64,000 bases of DNA from the human T2T-CHM13v2.0 reference genome, Homo sapiens. The stretch lies in the NCBI RefSeq assembly GCF_009914755.1, contig NC_060936.1; one strand, given 5' to 3'. Shown here in pieces: positions 1-13,744 of this stretch (position 1 is its first letter; each line of letters begins with the position of its first letter). Both the position numbers and the translations under genes were made by a program. Below the pieces are notes generated by a model. The model was not told where the DNA came from and did not search any database. It saw only the letters and a program-made list of their open reading frames with translations.

Positions 1-1185
<1,185 letters not shown>

Positions 1186-1363
1186 CCATATTAGAGCCAC
1201 ATAGGTAGACTAAAGTCTTGTTTATAAAAAGGGTTGCTTTTGAGACTTTTCAGAGTTTCCAAGGACCACACCTGCTTGACAAGGAATATTGTGTCAAGTC
1301 TGGAGTCCTGAACCACAGAGCCTGCTGGTTCTTTTCCACTTGAAAAGAAAAATTAACCCATGA

Positions 1364-1619
<256 letters not shown>

Positions 1620-2083
1620 TAAATTAAGTAAATAGAATAAGTTGTTTTTAAAGATTGCTATTACCATTAATAGCCATTAGGATGTTGCATGAGCAGGGGC
1701 AAAAAAGAAAGGAAAGAAGGAAGAAAGATACGAAATTATATAAAATTACAATTGGAAGCAGAAGGTGCCCTTATTTTAATGTCATGTGATTACATCAATA
1801 ATGACAGAAGCTTCCAAAAATTAATCTGTTATATTGCAGATGTTGAAGTCATATATATTTATTAATCTTATTATTTCTTTTGCTAGTTCTTTGATGTGAC
1901 ATTTTCCTAATACATTTCTTTCTCCTTTGGGCAATAAAGAGGCTTTAAATAAAGAGAACTCTCTAGGTGGCAGTGTTAAGTTGATAATATCAAACTTTGA
2001 AAACACATAGTTTTTTAGACGGTTGACTTTAAATCATAATCAGTATCTATTGAAATTAAGTAATCTTTCACCTCATTTTTCAG

Positions 2084-2240
2084 ATTGACGTTACTTCTTT
2101 TGCCAAAAATTGTCATGAAGATACATGTAACTGCAATCTTGGTGGCGACTGTGAGTGTTTGTGCACTAGTATAGCTGCATATGCATACAAGTGTTGTCAG
2201 GAAGGAATATCAATTCATTGGAGATCATCTACTGTTTGTT
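2084..2240 (+). CDS. OTOGL: OTOGL exon (157 nt, phase 0-1), C8 domain of D3: IDVTSFAKNCHEDTCNCNLGGDCECLCTSIAAYAYKCCQEGISIHWRSSTVC
   Basis: tttttcag acceptor, T|GTAAGT donor; VWF/mucin C8 motif C..D.C.C..GGDCEC.C...AAYA..C...G....WR....C. Confidence 0.96.
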
Positions 2241-2912
2241 GTAAGTACCCTACTTAGAACATCATTATGTAGAGAACTGATAAAGAGATACATATTAATT
2301 GTTGATTTAGCTTAGAAATAATGCCAGGAGACTCATGGGAATAGAATTAAATTAAAATGACTAAATTTTATATTCCTTTGACAATCATAAATTATAGAAT
2401 ACCGAAAGGACTTATAAAAATAAATTGTGAGATAATATTTTGTTCTGTGTTTTATTGCTGTCATTGTACCATTTGAAATATAAATTATTTAAATACCATC
2501 CTTAGAGAAATTGTTTATGACTTTATTTCTTTTATGCCTATGAAGTTTCATCGTTCTGATGATAAATATATTTTAAAAAAATCACCTTGAATTTGCTTTC
2601 AGATTTGACTCTTTAAGCTTTTAATTTACTTGTGTAGGTGGTAAGATATCTGAACAAACTTACAATTTGAACACTTTCAGCTGAGGTTTCTAAATTGGCA
2701 ATATATTTTCCTACTTTAAAACAATTATATGAAATTTAATTAATTACAGCATATCGCTTAAAGAATCTTCTTTGCTCAGAAAAAGTTCCTAAATAATACC
2801 ATTTTATATTCTTTCACATAGTTATTGATAAATATGTGGCCATATCTTGCCCACATTCAGATAAGTGATTGACTTCTTACATAGTTTAATATTTATTCTT
2901 TTTTTCTTTTAG

Positions 2913-2939
2913 CACTTGATTGTGAATACTACAATGAAG
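2913..2939 (+). CDS. OTOGL: OTOGL microexon (27 nt, phase 1-1): (S)LDCEYYNE
   Basis: Long polypyrimidine tract + TAG, G|GTATGT donor; matches mucin CDYYN motif at the start of TIL3. Confidence 0.92.
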
Positions 2940-3306
2940 GTATGTGACATTCAAATTAAAAATATCACTATAGTATTCTATTAGGTGTATTTTCATATTA
3001 AAAATTTTTGAACAACTTATGCTGTGAACAAACTATAAATAGTTCATAACTATATAACTCCATAAAAGCTTTTAATTTTTAAAATTTTCAAAAATTTCTC
3101 AGTATTTGTGTTAAGATTTATTTCCTGAAAACTAAAATAGTGTGTAACTTAAGTTCTCAGAATTTAAGAGGCCCTCAGTACAGTTTTGGAATGACATGAA
3201 TGAATGGGTGGGTGAAGTTAGTTAATTTTTTAGATAAAAAGGATGAAAGATCTATAACAAATGCATACCTTTACCATTATTTATAAATGTAAACATTGTT
3301 CAAATG

Positions 3307-3795
3307 TTTTTTAAAATTTTATCTTATTTTTAAATTGACAAATATAATTGTATATATTTATGGGGTACAATGTAGTGTTTTGATACATGTACACATTGTG
3401 GAATGATCAAATCAGGCCAATTAGCATATCCATCACCTCAAATATTTACCATTGCTTTGTGGTAAGAACATTTGAAATTCTTTCTTTTAGCTATTCATTC
3501 TTTAAAAACCAAGAAATTCTATCATTTGCAACAACACGGATGAACCTAGAGAACATTATGCTAAGTGAAGTAAGTCAGGCACAGTGAGACAAATACCATA
3601 TGATTTCACTTATTTGCAAAATCCAAAAAAGTTGAATTTTTAGAAGTAGAGAATAGAATGGTGGTTACTGGAGGCTAGTGGTTGGGAAGTGGGCAGGGAA
3701 AGGGCAGATGTTGGTCAAAGGGCACAAAGTTTCAGCTAGGTAGGAGGAATAAGTTCTGGTATCTATTACACAGCGTGGTGACTATATTCACAATT
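3307..3795 (-). mobile_element. L1MA-type 3' fragment with 5' inversion
   Basis: 3307-3495 is the L1 3' terminus on the minus strand; 3491-3795 is the adjacent upstream L1 3'UTR sequence on the plus strand. Confidence 0.8.
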
Positions 3796-6700
3796 TTCTT
3801 ATGTTGTGGAAATCAAAGAAACAAAGTATAAATGCAGTGACATAAGAAATAATGTAAGGAATTTATTTTGCCATCATTGTAGGCAAAAGTCATTCTTACA
3901 TATTACCAGGATAAGAACTTATTGATACAATAATAATGAAAATCTCCTAATCTCAGCAAACATCCAGATTTGCAATAAGAAATCTGAGAGGTGCTGCTGT
4001 CTAAAACTAAGGTATAGATGTAAGAAGAGACAGAGAATTACATTTTTAGTGAAATTACTTGAAGATAGCAGAATTGGAGTCTTTTTGCAAATCTATTTAA
4101 TGAGGAAGGCGCAGGCCTCAAAACCTAATTCAGACAAGTAAGGTGATCTAGGGAAGTATCCATTTTGTCAGTAAATGGGTGAACTCTGGATCCATGATGG
4201 ATGTGTCAGTTAGAATAATAGTTACAGGAAATCTTGGCCAAGCAACCAATCTGAGGCACTTCAGGTGGCTTGTTGGAGAAATTTGTCAGCTAGATAATTT
4301 TAGAGAAAAAGAGATAATGAATTAAAAAGAAAATGGGCATTTTTGATTTTAGTTGTATTTGTTACATTTATAGAAGTTTGATAGAGGAGGAAAATTCAAC
4401 ATTAAAAAATATCTGTGGTAGTTAAAGAAAATCGAACTAAAATTATGTCCTGTTCAAGATTTTAAAGAGACTGCCACACACGTGCATGCATACACGCACA
4501 CACAAACACACACTTCACATCAATCTTTGGATTCCATAATTAAAATGTGATTTATTGTCTAATAATAACAACAGTAGCTTTTGTTGTGTTAACTGCTTTC
4601 TCTAGATCATATAATTTAAACTTCAAAATATGTCATTATTTTATTTTATTATCTGCATTTTGCTATTATCAACACTTTCAGAGGAAATTGAAGCAGAGAG
4701 AGATTAAATAGCTTTGCCAAATTCACTTGGCCAAAATGTGGCAAACTGGGATTTGTGAACAATTTGGCTTCAGGGCCAGTGAGCATGACCTCCATGCTAC
4801 GTGGCCTACTGTATGGTTAATACATCCTAGTGTAGGGATGATCACCGCACATTGTCATCACAGGTTCTACATAATGTGCACAGACAACAATCTGAGAAAA
4901 TGCTCCAATAACTTCCTCACTCAAAAATTCCTGTCACACCCAGTTCTGTTATGACAATCTCCATCTGTGCCTTTGTATTTTCTGGCATTTCTCCTGCAGA
5001 CTTGTGGACCCAGAAGCAGAATTTTCTATGCATATTGAATCTCTCTACCTCTTGCTACTTGCTACATTTTGCTCTCTGTTAACAAGTCTGCTGAGCTTCT
5101 AGTGATGGTTCATTCTTCTAATGTGTTACAGAATCCTTCAAACCTGTTCTTCTAGTTTCATTTGTAATACCGTATTGATAATATCAGAGCATGAACATGG
5201 GGCATTTGGCCTTTGTGAGACACTGTTTGGCTCCATGGAGTGGCAGGCAAATAAATTTACTATGATCAAAGTAATGGAGAAACGCATCAATGTGCCAAGG
5301 GGCGTCAGAATTTGTAAAAGCAATGCAACAGTGATAGACGTTGAAGGGGAATATAAAACTGTGATGATTGTGGAAAGTGATAATAAATAGAAAATAATTC
5401 TAAATGGTTATTCTTAATTTGTTTCATCCCAAATAAATTTCACAGCTATCATAAATTTACCTAGTCCTTTTTGGGCATTTATAGCTGGCATATTTCTACC
5501 TGTCTTTATTTGTTACATGCCAGACACTATGTTATTAAGATACTTATAATATTTAAAGCACATACATAAATAAGTAATTGTGATTCTGTAGGAAGAATTT
5601 TAAAAAGTAGTAGAAGAATTCAAAGGTTATTGCTGAGATTATTTCAATAATCTTTAGCACAATGATTCTATATAATATGTTTGTGTTCATTTATATGACT
5701 TTTACTAAAAATGTAAAGCTTGCATTTGAAATGCTATTTCTGTAGGTGAGGGAGAACTTCAGTTTCCTACTAAAAATTGTTATGTGAGTTTTAAGTTCAG
5801 GGTAATTTTATTAGATAGGATATGCTTATTTCTGTTTTTAAAGAATCACTGCAGGAAATGATTGCTTTCAGTAGATGGTGAAATTATACTTCTCCATGCA
5901 GAAAATTAATGATAAGATCAATGACTTTTGTCTCCCAGTTGCTGGTGAAAATAGTCCAGAATCAAGCTACCAATTAACTGAGAGTCAATTCAAAAGCTTT
6001 AGGTTTTTATACAAACAGATTTCTTGTTGGCAATTGTCTCTTCAGGTTGCTGTATTAAGGGGTGTGTGCAGCAGGGGAGAGATTTTGTTTCTCTGTCTCC
6101 TTTCTCATTCTTATGTTGAATATTCATGAGGGTGCTTCAAGTCCTCAAGTTGTAGTTGCATACACATCTTCTCCATTCTGAATTGTATCTCATTATAATT
6201 CACTTATTATTTGTATATTATTCACATATTTGTACAAATCTACATATTTATACTTTGAAGTATATTTGCATCTTGGAGGTTTTTGTCACTTTCCTCTTGT
6301 CCATGCTAGAAAATTAGCCATTACCAGGTAGAGACTATTGCTATAATTTTCTTTGGTCCTCCTGTATTTTGGCTCATGGAGAAACACTGCATTTGTAACA
6401 TTTGTAACCATGGTGGTGAGTCTCCTGCAGCCAGGCTAAGAAAAATTGTCCACTGTTTCTGCTCAGCTCCACCTTGATGTGGGGGCAAAGCTGTTTCAGG
6501 TTTCTATCTCTCTACAGGGTACCAAAGTCCCTAGTGAAGCTCTTTTTCTCATAGTTTATAAGGGTCCCCAGCTGCTCAATGGTGCTGTGTCCCAGATGAT
6601 GGGTCAGTGAGGAGATTACACTTGAAAATAATGTATCCTCTCAGTCTTTTTGTTCTTCTCCTTGTCCTTGTGATGGAAATTTTGGTTCTCCTTCCCCTTT

Positions 6701-7153
6701 CCTAATTGGAAGACTTCTTATCCCTCCAATCCAATTATCCTTTCCCCTTTATTTAGGCCTGGTCTTAAGTCCTTAAGGGGAAAAAAGTCTTGCCCTTATA
6801 TTCTTTGAATCTTTTTTCTCCTTCTTCAGCATGTATTGAGTTAAATTGGCTTTGAGGTAAAACTGAGAGAAGAGGGAAAGTAAAATACACTGAGTGCAGT
6901 AAGATTAAACCTTTATGAAACAACTGATCACGTGTATATCAACATTTTGCATAACCTACAACACGAACATCTACATATACATCATTATATATATAAATCA
7001 TTATTTTTGAAGAATTCAGTTATTTTATTAGTGATAAATTTTTAATTGCTCAATTTTTGAAGTATTTTGTTATTAAAACATTTCTTTGAAATGACAGATT
7101 GAAATTTTAAAAATCTATGCCAATTTATAATTCTCATATTTATATTTAACTAG

Positions 7154-7321
7154 GACTTGGAGAAGGACCATATATGCTGGCAAGCTATGGGCAGAGTGGC
7201 CTTGTTCTGGGGGCCAATATGACCAGCAGAAGCGTTTTCTGTTTGCCAAGAAGCAGTGTTCATACCAGTTTATTTTTTTATTTTATGATCACTCCAGGCC
7301 TTTTCAAAGAGAAGGTATCAT
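7154..7321 (+). CDS. OTOGL: OTOGL exon (168 nt, phase 1-1), N-terminal part of the AbfB-like insert: GLGEGPYMLASYGQSGLVLGANMT...ITPGLFKEKVS
   Basis: aactag acceptor, T|GTAAGT donor, open frame; ITPGL motif typical of AbfB repeats. Confidence 0.93.
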
Positions 7322-9029
7322 GTAAGTATAATTGAAAATAAGAGTTTAGCTTTCCAATTACATTTTAAAATTTAGCCACTCAGTAAATATTAATTGAGAA
7401 TCTAATATGTTTATGGTATTTTTTAAAAGTGCTCTAAAGCATATGAAATAAAATATAACATTGGCATATCAGCCAGCTTTCTCTTTTGTATACAAAATCA
7501 TTTCTTTGTTTATTTATTGGCATATATATATTAGAATTGCAAATGTTTGAGTTTTTGGTTTTAAATAAAATATAGCTAAAATTTTCATAGTATTAATCAC
7601 AGAACTTAATTTGATGTTTTTGAAAAACCATCCACTGATTCTTAATATTTGAAAGGTTTTATGCCCCCAAAAGTAAAAGCAAATTGTGAATTGATACCAA
7701 AGAAGTTCTACATGAAGAGCATAAATCAGAGTGTAGACAGTCATTGTGACAGTCTGTTATTCTGTTATCCTTACCTGCCTTGTCTGTCCTAGTTCCTGGA
7801 CATGTCCTCAGTGCCCTGAACCTAGCTCTACATTTACTGGTTTGCACCTGCAGGTCTGTACTGGTTGTATCCACCTGGCACCTGTTCTGATTGGTGGTAG
7901 TTTCCCTTCTGATCCAGTGATGTTCAGGCTACCTCATGTCTACATAAGTCTACCTGGAACCATGCATGACATGTTGTATAAGCTTAGGAATTTATTTGTT
8001 GGATGAATCAATCAGACTTAACTTTCGCTTATTCTGAGAATGCTCACAATTCTCCAGTTAGAATAAATTATATATTTCCTGTAAAAAGAACTCTCTTAGT
8101 TCTGAAAACACCTATCACCATCAAGTTCTAAATTACGCTGGTTACATTTTTTTCTCATGTAAAAATTTATTATTCTTGGCATCTTTTGGTGCTCAGCAGA
8201 AGAACTTAAATTTTACAACATGATAAATGCCTTTGAAATAATATTGAATTTGGGAGAGCTCTTGATTTTACGATTAGTAATAACTAATGATTTTACTAGA
8301 AAAAATCCAAATAATGTTTATTGAAGAAAATCAACCTAAAATAATCTCAATTTAAAAACTTTTATTTCATGAGTTTTACAAATATAAGGTAAATGTTAAA
8401 AGCTCTAGCTGAAAAAGGGTGATAATTTTTCAATGCTTTGTAAAGCTCATTAGCCATTTGGTCATCTTTTGGGAAATGGACAATAATGTTGGATAAATAG
8501 TCTCTTCTTGGTGCAGTAAGATCTCTTTCAAGAACATTTGCTCATTAAAAGAGCCCTGTGATACTGAAATGCAGTTACATCCCTAAATTGATCTATTTCT
8601 GTATTCTCTTTTCTATCATCAAGTTTAGCCATTAGTAGGTTTTGTACATTTGTAAATGTTAAAGCTTGCAAACGCAAATATATGTCCAATTAATCATTCA
8701 ATTTCTTGTATGAAATTGTACATTCTGGAGTCCTCATTGACATTTCCTTTTTTCCCCCAAGGACAAAATAAATTATTAAAAAAATAGAAGTTACCAAAGA
8801 CTGATTTTTTTTTTTAGTGATATCACTGTTATTCACTGAATTTAAAGTACTACTTTTTTTTTTCTTCTTTCAAGCATCTCCTAGTTTATTTGTGAAATCT
8901 TAGTTATTGGCACTAATTATGTTTGGCAATTGTGCAGTACTATTTTGTTTACTTTATAAGTACATTTTGTGATGCCAATGTTGATGATCTTCCTTCTCCT
9001 GAGAATCCACACTGCTCTATATTTTACAG

Positions 9030-9308
9030 CATTAGCACTTGTTTCCTTGGAATCTGCTGAAAGGCCAAACTACTTTCTCTATGTCCATGACAATGATACT
9101 CTTAGCTTGGAGCTGTGGGAGGCGAATTCAGCCTTTCATCGGAGAGCAACATTTTTCCACCATCAGGGCCTCTGGATTCCTGGTTACAGTGCATTTGAGT
9201 TATACAGCAAGAAAGGCTTTTTCATCATATTCACAGATTCTAGTGTCAAAGCATCAAAATATGATGATTCTGAAGAATTTAAACATTCAAGTAGCTTCAG
9301 CATAGAAG
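9030..9308 (+). CDS. OTOGL: OTOGL exon (279 nt, phase 1-1), AbfB-like beta-trefoil: SLALVSLESAERPNYFL...RATF...SAFE...FKHSSSFSIE
   Basis: ttttacag acceptor, AAG|GTATGT donor; inside ORF 8969..9349; VSLES..PNYFL and ATF motifs of AbfB (CBM42-like). Confidence 0.95.
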
Positions 9309-10070
9309 GTATGTTTCCTGAGATCTCCAAAAAGAGAACAAATAGGTAATTTATATTAGGCAGAATATTTATGTCTTTAATTTAAAAACCATTCTTACTG
9401 CATATAAGCAGATAGACTTTTATGACCTTAAGTAAGTGTCTTAACCTCTATACCCCTCTATATCTCCAATATACGTATTGGAGAAATAATAATATGTACT
9501 TTATCGGGTTATGGTGAGTATTGAATAAGTTGATGTAAATTACTTAGAACAATCCTAAATAACCTGATTTTTTATTATTATTACCCCAATTATTACTACC
9601 AGTGCTGTCTGGACATTGGAATCAGGGCTCACTCATGTGGCTTAGTTGTCTAATGTTTATATCTCCTTTTTCTTTCCTAGAAGGCAACTCTAATTTATCT
9701 GATTCTTAGTGATAAGGACAATATATTTACTTCTGTCATTTGAATACAAGGTGTCTGTTTCCATTGACCTCTAGAAGATTTCTCTAGTTCAGCAGAAACC
9801 TAATCTTACTTCTAGAGAGCCTTTGAGGTCTATAGCTATTGAATTTTCTGCAGCAAGCTTCACTCCTTTATGCAGTGTTTAAAAGTCATGCTTTCTTTTC
9901 AAAATCCAGAAGCTTGATATCTATCTTGAGTCTCCTCAAGAAATCGTTTCATCCTTGTGAACCCTCCTAAAGCAGTTCAAGACAGCAACTAATTTGCCTT
10001 TTCTGTTGAGAATATATTTCTGCAAGCCCTTCTAATAATAGATTTTAAACAGTACAAATTGAGCTTCAAA

Positions 10071-10213
10071 ATACCTAATGTTAAATGACAAGTTAATGGG
10101 TGCAGCACACCAACATCGCACATGTATACATATGTAACAAATATGCACGTTGTGCACATGTACCCTAAAACTGAAAGTATAATAAAAAATAAAAAAATAA
10201 AAAATAAAAAAAA
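10071..10213 (+). mobile_element. L1PA 3' terminus (heavily 5'-truncated) with A-rich tail
   Basis: GGGTGCAGCACACCAACAT...CACGTTGTGCACATGTACCCTAAAAC.GAAAGTATAATAAAAAA. Confidence 0.92.
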
Positions 10214-10376
10214 ATTTTACCTATTGAATACAGTTCTTCTATGCAAAGATTCCTAAGTCTGGCAGGAGGTTTTGTGCAAACCCAGATGCCAGAATTCTGC
10301 AAGGGTTCTTACTCTGGCAACGAGCTCAGAACAAAGAAAAAGAAGCTCTAATATCTCTACCATTTGCATTCTTAGG

Positions 10377-10797
10377 TGTGGTGACATACATTCTTTAGTG
10401 TGGTGACATACTCACAAAACAAGTCAGGCAAAGGAATTTTATTACTTAACAGACAGGCAGCAAGAATCAACAGAAGCCTAGGATTCATGGTGAGCCAGTC
10501 CTCTAGGCTCAGAAAAGCCCAGGGTGAACTGAATCTTGTCTGCACATGCTCCAGGTTGCACTGCAGCTGAGGGACCCTGAAAGCACTCTGCTCTGGATTT
10601 GATACTTCAGGTGCAACTGGAATCACCGAGCACACACTTTGCAGGACATCCTGTTGGGAATGGCAACAGAGCCTGGATTGTTTCAGAAGATTCCTCCTTA
10701 CCTCAGGATAACCCTCAGAACATTTTGCAGTTGTTTTGAGATCTGCAAGTGGGAGAGAGAAAGCAAGGAGAACCAAGGGGAGAGCTGTCCTCCTACA
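10377..10797 (-). mobile_element. Probable solo LTR (ERVL/MER-type)
   Basis: About 420-bp GC-elevated island with TG...CA ends and a minus-strand poly(A)-signal-like motif near the left end; family not identified. Confidence 0.5.
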
Positions 10798-11703
10798 CTG
10801 TGCTCTTGAGAAAAGGAACCACTGACATATCTATATAGCATTCCATACAGTGGATGTGATTTGCTTACTTCAGTTTACCTACCGTTGACCTTTACAGGCC
10901 TCTATTTCCCCTCTGCTCTAGAAATCTGTGCCCTTAGAACCAGACCTAGTAGCCCCATTTGAGGCTTAGAGAACTGCAGCACATGGCATCATCAGAATAT
11001 CAGAAGCTGATCTTTGTGGGCTTCTGAAACCTAGGAAACTCCAGGAGCCTATTGTAGTCTTGGAACCAGTCCTCTTTCAGGATGCGTGAGACGAGTAACT
11101 CAAGTTCAGCAATTACTTAAGTCTTTAGATGTATAGATGCTTTCCAAAAAGACTTATTTTCCTTGCTGTAATTTGGAATTGAATTCTGTGTCCAGAGTCC
11201 AAGAAACATACCTGCTTCCTGAATTTTCTTTCTTAAGAGGTTCTCTTGTTCAGAGATAGCTTTGAACTGCTACAAAAGGACTTCTCTATGCTGTGGGAAG
11301 GTGAGAGTATTAGCAGACCTTGCAGGAGAAAAACTTCAATCAAGGGAGGTTTTAGAACTGTATGCATGTATTTTTCAAATCCGCCCATATATTTTGTTGT
11401 ATTCAAACAATACTTATCTGGTACAAGGCAACGTGCTAAGTTTTCTGAGAACAGCAACAGAATATTCTTCCTAGATTTGAGTTCATGAAATGTATTTGGT
11501 CTTGCCATTTTTCTAATTGTTTGAACTTGGCAAGTTTCTTGGCTGCTGTGAGTCTCAATTTCCTCATTTATAAATTAGAAATAATATCTACTTAATAGGG
11601 TTGTTGCAGGATAAAATAGAATAATGGATGGACAATTACTTTGCAGAAAGTAAAATTCTAAACAAGTGTTTGGTATTATGATGTGAAGACAGATGAAAAC
11701 CCA

Positions 11704-11705
<2 letters not shown>

Positions 11706-11750
<45 letters not shown>
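11706..11750. repeat. (CA)n microsatellite, about 22 units
   Basis: Seen directly. Confidence 0.98.
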
Positions 11751-11754
<4 letters not shown>

Positions 11755-11966
11755 AAATATTTTGAATTTTCCTCAGCCTCCTCCAACCACTTGCTTTTTT
11801 AAATCTTTGGAAGATAGGTGTACATGTAGATATTTAATCTGAGCATGAAATGCTTTGGTCACCAAGCAATTACAGTGTTTTTTCTTCAGTTCTGTCTTTC
11901 CTGTAGCATTGTAGTCAAAGAAGGGTCAAACCCTAGGAGGGTTCATATAAGAAACTGTTAGTTTTT

Positions 11967-12258
11967 GGCCAGGTGCAGTGGCTCACACCTGTAATCCCAG
12001 CACTTTGGGAGACTAAAGCGGGTGGATCACCTGAGGTTAGGAATTCGAGACCATTCTGGTCAACAAGGCAAAACCCCGTCTCTATTAAAAATATAAAAAT
12101 TAACTGGGTGTGGTGGCATGTGCTTGTAGTATCACCTACTTGGGAGGCTGAGGCACGACAGTCACTTGAACCCAGGAGGCAGAGGTTGTGGTGAATCGAA
12201 ATAGTGCCACTGCGCTCGAGCCTGAGTGACAGAGCGAGACTGTCTCAAGAAAGAAAAG
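11967..12258 (+). mobile_element. Alu (AluS-like), sense, ending about 65 bp before an exon
   Basis: Full dimer; degenerate target-site duplication ...TGTTAGTTTT. Confidence 0.95.
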
Positions 12259-12322
12259 GGAATTGTTAGTTTTCAAGCTATGTATTAAATATGCACACAA
12301 TCTAAACTTTATTTTTTCCCAG

Positions 12323-12440
12323 AAATCCAGGCAGCAGTGCCTTACAGGAAGATGTGTGAATGGAGATATGAACCTTGTGCTACACCCTGTTTTAAAACAT
12401 GTAGTGACCCTGAAGCACTAGCATGTAAATTTCTTCCACC
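12323..12440 (+). CDS. OTOGL: OTOGL exon (118 nt, phase 1-2), TIL: [40 protein letters not shown]
   Basis: ttttttcccag acceptor, CC|GTAAGT donor; CEW.Y.PC..PC..TC motif of VWF/mucin TIL3. Confidence 0.95.
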
Positions 12441-12589
12441 GTAAGTAACGTTTACCAATAAGTGATCAAAGTCCAGCCTTAGCAAATTCTGTTTTCAGTT
12501 GATTTTTTTCAAGATTTTAAAAACAGCCATTCTCAAGTTGTATATGCTATATATTCTTTCATGATATTAATTTCGCTTAAATCAAGAAG

Positions 12590-13570
12590 TAGTTATTGAG
12601 AGCCTACTATGTGGCAGGCAATCTTCTTGCTGCTGGGGAGACAGTACTGAACAAAATAGACAAGTACTTGCCCTCATGAAGCTTACATATTGTTGGATTG
12701 AGCAGAAAATAACCAAACAAAAATGTAAATATATAATGCAACATATTGTTATGGCGGATATGTGTTACAGAGAAAAATAAAGGAAGGTAAGGGAGACAGA
12801 GAGCATAAGGCATGTGTGTGTGTTTGCCAATTAATGTTGGTGGTCAGTGAAGAGCACCCTGACAAGGTGACATCTGGTCAGAGATCTAAATGTAGTGAAG
12901 GCACTGGCCAGGTGGATATCTGGGGAAGAATCTTTAATTTGAGAACAGTGCAAAGGTCTTGGAGTGGGAATGTGTTTGGTGTGTTCGAGGATCAGCAAGG
13001 AGGTCATAAGTTAGAACAAAGTGAGCAAAATGGAGAGAAGTGGGAGATGAGACCAGAGAATCATATTAGTGGGCAAATCATATAAGGCTTTGTAGCCTGT
13101 TGTAAGGACTTTGTCTTTTACTGTAAGATAGGAGACCTGGCTGCATTTTAGGCAGCTGAGTGGCATGATCTGATTTATGTTTTAAAAGGTGTACTTTGCC
13201 TGTTGTATTGAGAATGGGCTGTTGGAGGAGAGGAGGACAGGGCAGACTTGATCGGTGATACAGACAAGAAATGAAGGGGATTTGACCAGGTTGGTGGCCC
13301 GAGAGGTTATGAGGAACAAACAGATTTAATATCATTTATGAGAGAAGGAAGAGTTAAAGAATCAAGTTTTGGCCTCAGCAGTTATTAGGTGAAATACTAT
13401 GAAGTTTTGCCATTTTTGGTAGCCAAATTGGTCAAATAGCAGTAATTTCAAATGATTTGATCTAATAGAACTGCATTTAATGAGATAAGGAAGATGTTAG
13501 AAGAAACAGTTCGGAGGAAAGGTCAGGAATTTGGTTTTCAGGATCTGGAGTTTGATATGGAAAATTGTTC
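12590..13570 (-). mobile_element. L2 LINE remnant
   Basis: TTATTGAGAGCCTACTATGTGGCAGGC...TGCCCTCATGAAGCTTACAT is the reverse complement of the L2 3' end; purine-rich body follows. Confidence 0.75.
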
Positions 13571-13744
13571 ATTGGATTTAGCAAGTCAGAAAATAGGAAG
13601 AGACAAAACAGAGACAGAGAGTATAAACAGCTTTTTTTTTTAATAATATAAGAATTTTCCATAAAGGAGATATGGATCAATAGTAGGAGAGAATATTTTT
13701 ATGAGAATCATTTTACAATTGATTGAACAATTATGAGGTTCTAT

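Noticed and set aside
5121-5390. 89-aa ORF in non-repeat-looking sequence as an extra exon
   Set aside because: No convincing splice sites or domain similarity, and the flanking exons join in frame without it.
7311-7321. AAG|GTATCA as the donor of the 7154 exon
   Set aside because: It breaks frame with the next exon; T|GTAAGT 7 nt downstream is consensus and in phase.
10372-10776. 134-aa minus-strand ORF
   Set aside because: Coincides with a probable solo LTR, has a non-ATG start and no recognisable domain.
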